Below are positions 57,129 to 64,000 of a stretch of 64,000 nucleotides of DNA, piece by piece. The notes beneath the pieces are model-generated. The model had not been told where the DNA came from, made no database searches, and saw nothing but the letters and a program-made list of their open reading frames with translations. Within the stretch, counting starts at the first letter, position 1, and each line of letters starts with the position of its first letter. This DNA is from Candidatus Binatia bacterium (GTDB lineage: Bacteria; Desulfobacterota; Binatia; HRBIN30), in assembly GCA_038245295.1 (NCBI GenBank), contig JBBRSP010000006.1:186006-250005 (forward strand), in the 5' to 3' direction. The translations under genes and the position numbers were made by a program.

Positions 57129-57956
57129 TCAGGCACGTGAGAATACCGCCACGCCACAGTTCTCGTCCTCGCCAACGACGATTCGCCGCACAAATCCGGC
57201 GGCGCGCAGCAAACCGCCGATCTCGTCGAGCGACGTGATCCATTTGTGCCACTCGATGACGACGCGATCGGTGATCCGCAGAAGCGATTGCTCGTTCTCG
57301 AGCACGGCCCGCTCGCTGCCCTCGATATCGATCTTCAGCAGGTCGATGCGGCGGTCGCCGTGCAACTGCTGCCAGCGCTCGAAGACGTGCACAACGGGGA
57401 CAATGGTCGGCCGGCTGTCACCTTTCTTCGGAATGCGCGGGTTGAGTATTGGCTGCGCCGACGACGCGACGTTGGATGGGTTGACGTAGAAGGTTGCCTC
57501 GTCAACGGTCGAAGCGAAGCCGACAACACCAAACTCCACCTGCACATTCGCCAGACAATTCAACGCCACGTGGTGACGCGTCTCGTCGACCATGGCGCGA
57601 TTACCGTCGACCGCCAGGCCGATCACTTGACGCCCGAGCGGCGAGTGCTCGGCGGCATACAAAACGAAGTACCCGACATTACAGCCGAGATCGACGAAGG
57701 TTGCGATGTCGGCGCCATCGAAGGCGTCGCGATAGACTTTGCCGGAAAAGATCTCGTCGGCGAGGAGGAAACTCTCGAGACTCCGCAACCGGTACGTCAA
57801 CCCGGCGGCGTCGGTGCGGCGCATCAATGGCAGGACCCCGAGGATCATCTCAGCGAGTGGCTGCAGGCGTAAGACGCGCACGGTGTGATGAAACAGCGAG
57901 CTCCCTTGCAGGATCGCGAGTAGCCCTCGTGTCTCGTTGCTCGCGGCGATGCGCAC
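57129..57956 (-). CDS. FkbM-family methyltransferase
   Basis: VDLGCNVG, IDLLKIDIEGSE, VIEWH. Start estimated. Confidence 0.88.
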   Translation of the reverse strand: MRIAASNETRGLLAILQGSSLFHHTVRVLRLQPLAEMILGVLPLMRRTDAAGLTYRLRSLESFLLADEIFSGKVYRDAFDGADIATFVDLGCNVGYFVLYAAEHSPLGRQVIGLAVDGNRAMVDETRHHVALNCLANVQVEFGVVGFASTVDEATFYVNPSNVASSAQPILNPRIPKKGDSRPTIVPVVHVFERWQQLHGDRRIDLLKIDIEGSERAVLENEQSLLRITDRVVIEWHKWITSLDEIGGLLRAAGFVRRIVVGEDENCGVAVFSRA

Positions 57957-58041
57957 GAGTTGTGAGATATCACCGCACCGTCGGGCGGCCAACGTGGTTT
58001 GCGCGGGCCGCCGTACCTCTACGTCGGAGAACGGACCGCGC

Positions 58042-59856
58042 TCAGCGCGGTGGTCCGAACGTGGCACGATCCGGCGGCGCGCCGCGCTCGAAGCCGGGCG
58101 GCAGGTCGTCGAGCAAATCGTCGGCGGCAAAACACAACCACCCGTTGCCCTGCGCCAACAACGTGTGCGCCGCGGCCGGTTCGCCGGCGAGCGTCTGGCG
58201 GAAGCGCTCGAAGCTCGGCGGCTGGCTCCAGGCGCCATCAACGAGCTTCCACAGGATCGGATCGGCGGCATACCGGGCGTTCAGATCGGCGGCGACATAC
58301 AGGTAGACCACGTGGGGCCGCGTCGCGGCATCCGGATACAGATCCAACAGGTGCGTTGTCGTGAGCTCGAAGCGCAGACGCGATTCGGGCAGCGGCTCGC
58401 CGCGGGTGAACGGATAACGCTGGGCGCTGGCCGGATAGACCGGCAGGTCGAACCAGTAGCGCATCAGCGGCAGGCGATTGTTGTTGGTCAGGACAATGAC
58501 ATCCTTCGGCAACTTCCGACTCATGTCGCCGAGCAGTGCTACGTCGCTCCACCCACCAGTCCAACCGTACGGATGACGGAAGTCATGGTCCGAATGGAGC
58601 TCTGCATCGAGGTTCAACGTCCTCAGGTGTGGGACAGCAATCACCGCGACCAACCCGGCGGCGAGCGCGCGCCCCCATAGAGGCGCGGCGCGGTGGGCGG
58701 CCCAGCCTGCCGCGCTGTCGAGAGCCAGGCCGAGGGTGAGAGCGTAAAACAGCAGCGCGTGGCCCATGACATGCGGATGTACCGCCGTGTGTTGCCACAT
58801 GACGCACCACCAACTGATGCCGCAAACGAAGAGCAAGACAGCCCAGCGATACGCCGGCGCAATGCGAAACGGCGCCGCAGCGATACCGCCGCTCATCACG
58901 CCGGCAACGACCAACAGCAACCACAGGCCGCCTATGCCAACGCCGAAGAAGCGAGCAAACCGCGTTGCGACGAAGCTCGGCAGAGTCGCCATTGTCACAT
59001 CCAACGGTGTGTCGGCGGTCTCCTCCAGACGGACCGTGCGCCGCAGTAGGTCTTGTACCACCTCGCTCCGCGGGCTCGGTCCGAAGGCATGCTGGCGCAC
59101 GGTCTGGTGAATGCCGAACGCCAGCAAAGGCGCCAGCACGAAAAGAGCCAGCCGGCGCGGCGCCAGCGGTCGATCAATCCAAAGCCAGTAACCCCACAAA
59201 AAGATTTGCGACCATAGGTGCCATTCCCACGACAGGAACGAATTGATGAATAGAAGGACCCATGCCGCCGCCAGCAGCAACACACGGCGCCGGCCACTTG
59301 CCGCACCGCCGGTGACGAAAGCGAGCATCATGCCCACCAAACAGAGAGGGCTGTAGCTGTGATAGATGTCGTCGGCGAAGGCGACGAAGCCATAACTCGA
59401 CGCGAGCACGGCGGTGGAAAGCAGAGCGGTACGCGGGCCGGCGATGCGGCGCACGAGCAGGAACCACAACACGAGCGCGCCGACCGATACCAGCGCCGGC
59501 AACCAGCGCAGCGCCGCGAGGTTCTCCCCGGCGACGTGATATGATGCCCACCCGAGGTACGACGCGCCGAGCGGGTAGTGCGCGTAGTAGAAGAGAGAAT
59601 CGTTGACGAAGGGCGGCCGGTCAACCTGGTGCTGCGCCACACCACGATACGCACCCCAGCCGTTGCGCTCGGCGTTACGCGCCGAGACCAGGACATTGGC
59701 TTCGCTCCAGGAATCGAGTCGGATGCCGATCGGCGATTCAGCGTGCCGACGCAAGTACACCAGCGACAGCAGGATGATCACCAGCAGCACGGCGAGGTCG
59801 CGTCGGCTAGTCGGCACCGAGGGCAGCCTCTCGAGGGTCTGGTACGGCGCCGACAT
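58042..59856 (-). CDS. GT-C membrane glycosyltransferase (GT39/ArnT-like)
   Basis: DSWSE loop, YAHYP, LRW, many TM segments. Confidence 0.8.
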   Translation of the reverse strand: MSAPYQTLERLPSVPTSRRDLAVLLVIILLSLVYLRRHAESPIGIRLDSWSEANVLVSARNAERNGWGAYRGVAQHQVDRPPFVNDSLFYYAHYPLGASYLGWASYHVAGENLAALRWLPALVSVGALVLWFLLVRRIAGPRTALLSTAVLASSYGFVAFADDIYHSYSPLCLVGMMLAFVTGGAASGRRRVLLLAAAWVLLFINSFLSWEWHLWSQIFLWGYWLWIDRPLAPRRLALFVLAPLLAFGIHQTVRQHAFGPSPRSEVVQDLLRRTVRLEETADTPLDVTMATLPSFVATRFARFFGVGIGGLWLLLVVAGVMSGGIAAAPFRIAPAYRWAVLLFVCGISWWCVMWQHTAVHPHVMGHALLFYALTLGLALDSAAGWAAHRAAPLWGRALAAGLVAVIAVPHLRTLNLDAELHSDHDFRHPYGWTGGWSDVALLGDMSRKLPKDVIVLTNNNRLPLMRYWFDLPVYPASAQRYPFTRGEPLPESRLRFELTTTHLLDLYPDAATRPHVVYLYVAADLNARYAADPILWKLVDGAWSQPPSFERFRQTLAGEPAAAHTLLAQGNGWLCFAADDLLDDLPPGFERGAPPDRATFGPPR

Positions 59857-60007
59857 GCGGCGTCCGCATAGCACCCCTGCCGGCACGGCCGCCATCGCCG
59901 GCCCCATCCCGACCTCTGGCGCCATTCGCGCGTGGGCTCAACGCGCGAGAGGCGGGCCAGTGATGATTCCCGTCCGGTACCGGGCGTGTTAGAGGCGCAA
60001 CGTTTCT

Positions 60008-61252
60008 ATGCCGATGACCTCGAACCAACCGCTCTCGATCGCTCGCATGCGGGCGGTCGACCAATGGCTTGGACTACCCCTATGCACGCTGGTCGGCGCG
60101 TTCCTCAAGGTAAGTCCGTGGCCGGCGCGTTCGCTCACACTGCCGGCACAGCCGCGCCGCATCCTGATCATGAAGTTTTTCGGCCTCGGCAGTATCGTGC
60201 AGATCGCACCGGCGTTGCGCGCCATTCGCCGCCGCTACCCGGAGAGTCAGCTCATCTTTCTGACCTTTCAAGAAACCGCCGGCGTCGTGCGCCGTCTCGG
60301 TGTCTGCGACGACCTACGCGTGATCCGCACGGCAACACTGGCACAGTTCGGTCGCGACGTGGTGCAACAGATCGCCCGTTTCGGCCGCGAACCGGTCGAT
60401 ATCTGCGTCGATCTCGAATTCTTCAGCAAGTTCTCGACACTAATGAGTGCCTTCAGTGGTGCGCCGACACGTGTCGCCTTTCACCTCAACAACTTCTGGC
60501 GGCGCAGCGTCGTCACACATCCGGTCTACTACAACTACTACCGTCACGTACGCGACGCCTATGCCGGCGCCGCCGCGGCGCTCGATGCGGTGCCGGCAGA
60601 AGCAGACCACGTGGGCCTGGAGCTACCGGCCGAAACCTCCGACCTGACGCGCCAGCGACTGATGGAAGGCGGCTGGGACGGGCGGACGAGGCTGGTCGGG
60701 ATCAACGCAAACGCGGGCGAGCTGTCGCTCGAGCGCCGCTGGCCACGCGAGCACTTCATCGCCGTCATCGAACGATTGTGCGCCAAGGCCGACGTGCAAC
60801 CGGTTCTCACAGGCAGCCTGGCCGAACGCCCTTACGTCGAACAACTGATCGAGCAGCTGAACCCGGAGGCACGGCAGCGCGTCGTCGATGTGGCCGGGCG
60901 CCTGAGCCTCGACGAATTTGCCGCCGCCCTGGCGCGTTGCGAGTTCCTGGTGACCAACGACTCCGGGCCACTTCACATCGCCAACGCGCAAGGCATCGAC
61001 ACGATCAGCCTGTGGGGCGTCACACGTCCGAGCTTCTACGGGCCGCAGCGCGGCAACCACAGCACATTCTACCGCCACCTGCCCTGCAGCCCGTGCCTCA
61101 ACACGTTCACCAGCGAAGTCGGACAATGGTGCGCCCACCGCGCCGACTGCATGCAACAGATCAGCGTCGACGAGGTGTGGCCGACGATCGAAGCGTATCT
61201 AGAGACGCCGACGGGCGAGCGCGAGCGGGTTGTGGTTCGGCAAGGTTGGTGA
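60008..61252 (+). CDS. Glycosyltransferase family 9 (heptosyltransferase-like)
   Basis: GLGSIV, RRWP, TNDSGPLHIA, CSPC. Confidence 0.92.
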   Translation: MPMTSNQPLSIARMRAVDQWLGLPLCTLVGAFLKVSPWPARSLTLPAQPRRILIMKFFGLGSIVQIAPALRAIRRRYPESQLIFLTFQETAGVVRRLGVCDDLRVIRTATLAQFGRDVVQQIARFGREPVDICVDLEFFSKFSTLMSAFSGAPTRVAFHLNNFWRRSVVTHPVYYNYYRHVRDAYAGAAAALDAVPAEADHVGLELPAETSDLTRQRLMEGGWDGRTRLVGINANAGELSLERRWPREHFIAVIERLCAKADVQPVLTGSLAERPYVEQLIEQLNPEARQRVVDVAGRLSLDEFAAALARCEFLVTNDSGPLHIANAQGIDTISLWGVTRPSFYGPQRGNHSTFYRHLPCSPCLNTFTSEVGQWCAHRADCMQQISVDEVWPTIEAYLETPTGERERVVVRQGW

Positions 61253-61298
61253 TGCAGGTCGCTCGTGCTCACCTCCGGAGTAGGCGGACAACGTAGCT

Positions 61299-61434
61299 CC
61301 CCTCTCCCACATCGGGTGGATTAGACGCCGGTGGGAGAGGGTTAGGGTCCGGCTGCGGAATCCGGCGGGACAGCGGCGGGCCCTCACCCCGACCCTCTCC
61401 CACCATCCGGTATTTCGTTCGAAGTGGGAGAGGG
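61299..61434. repeat. Family C palindromic repeat pair
   Basis: CCCTCTCCC...GGGAGAGGG twice, inverted, between convergent genes. Confidence 0.75.
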
Positions 61435-61438
61435 AGGG

Positions 61439-63370
61439 TCACGAGCGCAGCTCGAAATCGTCGAGCGCCGGCGTCTTCGTCCAGCCCCAGTAGTCGACCA
61501 GGCGCCAGGGCGAGGTGATCAGCACTTTGCCGCTGGGGTTCTTGTACCAACTGTTCTCGCCGGAATGGGACCAGACCATCTGCGTATGGCGTTCGTCGAA
61601 GCGTTGGGCATAGGCGTCGTGGACCTCGCGTCGGCACTCCATCGCGCCAAAGCCGCCGGTGAGCATCGCGACGAGGCAACCCATCACGTAACGCACCTGA
61701 CATTCGGAGTGAAAGATGATGCTGCCGGCGTGCGCCAGGTTCGTGCCGGGGCCATAGAGGCAGAACAGATTCGGAAAGCCCGGGACAGTGATGCCGAGAT
61801 AGGCGCGCGGCTCGTCGCCCCAGACTTCGCGTAGCGACACGCCGTCACGACCGACGATCTCCATCGGCCACAGGAAGCGATTGGCGTGGAAGCCGGTGGC
61901 GTAGACGATGACGTCGACGTCGTACTCCGTTCCGTCCTCGCAGCGCACACCACTCGGCGTGATGGCGACGATCTTGTCGGTGATCAGGTCGACATTCTCG
62001 CGTTTCAACGCCGCCAGCCACGTGCCGTTATCCTGCAACATGCGCTTGATGAACGGCGGGTAGGTCGGCACCACCTTGGCCAACAGCGCCGGATCGTCGC
62101 CCACCTGCTCCGTCATGTACTGCGTGAAGTACTCGCGCATGAAATCGTTCATCGCGTTGACCGAGCGCTCCTGATTCGGCCACTCGGGGTCGACGACCAG
62201 CGTCGGCAACAACCCATCGGAACCGGGGAAGAACAGCAAGAAGCGATACCAGCGCGCGTAATACGGCACGTGTTTCAGCAACCATTTCTTCTCGTCGCTG
62301 ACACGCTCGTGGTAACGCGGGCTCGGCACCATCCACGGAGCGGAGCGCTGAAACACGAACAGCCGGCTCGCCTCCTTGGCAACCTCGGGAACGAGCTGGA
62401 AGGCGCTGGCGCCCGTGCCGATTACCGCGACACGTTTGCCGGCAAGTGAATGTTCGTGTTGCCACTGTGCGGAGTGGAAGGCCGGCCCGCGGAATGTGTC
62501 GCGCCCGGGGATCTCCGGCAACTTGGGCCGATTGAGTTGGCCGACGGCACTGATCAACGCGTTGGCGCTCTGCGTCGTCTCGTTGGCGTTCCGATCCCGC
62601 AGCCTCAGGGTCCACTGCCGCGCGCCTTCATCCCAGCGGGCCGAAACAACCTCGGTGCCGAAGCGAATCTTGTCGCGCAGGGCATACCGATCCGTGCAGT
62701 TGTCGAAGTACTGGCGCAACTCGTTTTGCCGCGAGAAGAACTCGGGCCAATCGTGGTTCGGTTCGAACGAATACGAGTAGAAGTGATTGGCGACATCGAC
62801 GCGGCAGCCAGGGTAGCTGTTCTCAAGCCACGTTCCGCCAACGTCTTCGTTCTTCTCGATCACCGCGTAGGGAATGCCGGCCTGCTGCAAACGGATCGCC
62901 GCCAGGAGACCCGACATGCCGGCGCCGATGACGACGACGCGGAAGTCGGCACGACGTTCTGGCGGCACCGCATCCCAGGCAATGTCGCGCGCATCGCCGC
63001 TGTCGAGGGCCATCTCCTCTTGAAACATCGGCACGTACTCGTCCGACACCTCGGCGCCGACGATGAAGCTCATCATACGACGCAGCGTCGATGGCGACGG
63101 CAAAGGCGGCAAGGTACAGCCGCGATCGCGATAGGCGCGCAACGCATCGAGGGCCATGGCGCGCACGGTGGCCTTGTCCGCCGCCGACAACGCACCGTTG
63201 AGCTCACCCGGCATGGCCGCTTGCGGCCGGATCGAACCGTCAAGGATACTCGAGTCACCGGTCAGGTGGATGATGACGATCAACAGCGTCGCCATGCTGG
63301 CATGCTCCAGCGCGGCGGCGACGAAGGCGTCGTCTTCGGTGATCGGGGCTTCTACCAGCGATCGCGGCAT
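61439..63370 (-). CDS. Baeyer-Villiger monooxygenase (4-hydroxyacetophenone monooxygenase-like)
   Basis: GAGMSG, GGTWLENSYPGCRVD, FRGPAFHSAQW, GTGASA, ATGF; long N-terminal extension. Confidence 0.93.
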   Translation of the reverse strand: MPRSLVEAPITEDDAFVAAALEHASMATLLIVIIHLTGDSSILDGSIRPQAAMPGELNGALSAADKATVRAMALDALRAYRDRGCTLPPLPSPSTLRRMMSFIVGAEVSDEYVPMFQEEMALDSGDARDIAWDAVPPERRADFRVVVIGAGMSGLLAAIRLQQAGIPYAVIEKNEDVGGTWLENSYPGCRVDVANHFYSYSFEPNHDWPEFFSRQNELRQYFDNCTDRYALRDKIRFGTEVVSARWDEGARQWTLRLRDRNANETTQSANALISAVGQLNRPKLPEIPGRDTFRGPAFHSAQWQHEHSLAGKRVAVIGTGASAFQLVPEVAKEASRLFVFQRSAPWMVPSPRYHERVSDEKKWLLKHVPYYARWYRFLLFFPGSDGLLPTLVVDPEWPNQERSVNAMNDFMREYFTQYMTEQVGDDPALLAKVVPTYPPFIKRMLQDNGTWLAALKRENVDLITDKIVAITPSGVRCEDGTEYDVDVIVYATGFHANRFLWPMEIVGRDGVSLREVWGDEPRAYLGITVPGFPNLFCLYGPGTNLAHAGSIIFHSECQVRYVMGCLVAMLTGGFGAMECRREVHDAYAQRFDERHTQMVWSHSGENSWYKNPSGKVLITSPWRLVDYWGWTKTPALDDFELRS

Positions 63371-63518
63371 CTGGGTCTTCTATCGCGGTAGGGCCGGTTC
63401 GGGAACCGCCCCTGCGCCGCCTCGGCCAGCTTTCACTCAAGAGGCGCTCAGCTGCCGCAGGCTCAAGCCTGCGGCGTGCTCCGATGTCGCTCGACCGCTT
63501 CGGCCGGGGGAATGGAAA

Positions 63519-63779
63519 TCAGCAGCCGAGCAGCGCTTCCTTCACCGCGACAACCAGATCACTCACATCGATGGCGCCGTCGTGATCGCGATCCAGCCGG
63601 GCACACACCTCGAGCGGCTCCCGTTCCAGGGCGATGTTCACGCCGCGCAGCACCTCGGCGATCGTCACCTCGCCGTCGGCATCACAATCGCCCGGACAAC
63701 GCAGCGGGCGTGGGGTCGGTGTTGGCGCCGGCGTCGGCGGGAACGGAAACGGATCGCGCGGATTGGCCGGATCACTGCA
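63519..63779 (-). pseudogene. Pro/Thr linker + dockerin-like C-terminal remnant with no start upstream of the domain
   Basis: Hand translation PTPAPTPTPRPLRCPGDCDADGEVTIAEVLRGVNIAL...DRDHDGAIDVSDLVVAVKEALLGC; in-frame TGA immediately upstream. Confidence 0.7.
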
Positions 63780-63897
63780 TCAGGTCGATGCGTGGACCAA
63801 CGACGGCCGCGTGGCGGGGCCATTTAACAGGGATCGACCGGATAACAGGATGCTTTCCGCAGGCCTGCCGACGCGCGCCGAAGGTCGCGCCCGGGCC

Positions 63898-63988
63898 ATC
63901 TGTGTTCATCCGTGTTCATCCGTGGCCAACAGCCCGTCGACGTTCCGCCTGGCTCAATCGCCACAGATGCACACAGATAAACACAGAT
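63898..63988. repeat. Inverted repeat built from 10-bp periodic units
   Basis: ATCTGTGTTCATCCGTGTTCATCCGTGGC and GCCACAGATGCACACAGATAAACACAGAT. Confidence 0.75.
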
Positions 63989-64000
63989 ACTTCCGAACCA

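Noticed and set aside
45015..63391. Long antisense ORFs (e.g. 45015-46613, 50525-51775, 62450-63391) and the frame-shifted 59932-61296 ORF
   Set aside because: Shadows of well-supported genes, expected in high-GC DNA.
63780..63782. Selenocysteine or read-through at the TGA before the dockerin remnant
   Set aside because: The upstream in-frame sequence does not look coding and I see no convincing SECIS.

Overview
The window has two parts. Positions ~1-44500 are a composite genomic island. It carries a replication/integration backbone (P-loop ATPase, TOPRIM primase with a C-terminal CHC2 Zn finger, excisionase, tyrosine integrase with an attP-like site, SWIM protein, Cas4/RecB-like nuclease, coupling-protein-like ATPase), several defence-like cargo modules, two large dockerin-tagged secreted proteins, an IS3-like element, IS21-type remnants and a disrupted large serine recombinase ending in a tmRNA-like 3' fragment. 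Positions ~44600-64000 look like GC-richer core chromosome (lipid/redox enzymes, a hybrid sensor kinase-cyclase, glycosyltransferases, a Baeyer-Villiger monooxygenase, REP-like repeats). The Cys-flanked dockerin-like tails suggest a Candidatus Binatia-like host (inference). The best candidate for an undescribed system is 11886-17691: PPTase, cryptic acyl-carrier-like protein, XRE HTH, ImmA/IrrE peptidase fused to a chagasin-like inhibitor, papain protease, thymidylate-synthase-like enzyme and MazG, with a convergent 5-hmdU DNA kinase-like gene. Other candidates are a 2OG-dioxygenase + SIR2-TPR pair and a three-gene Vsr-helicase operon. All family calls come from reading motifs by eye; no searches were run.
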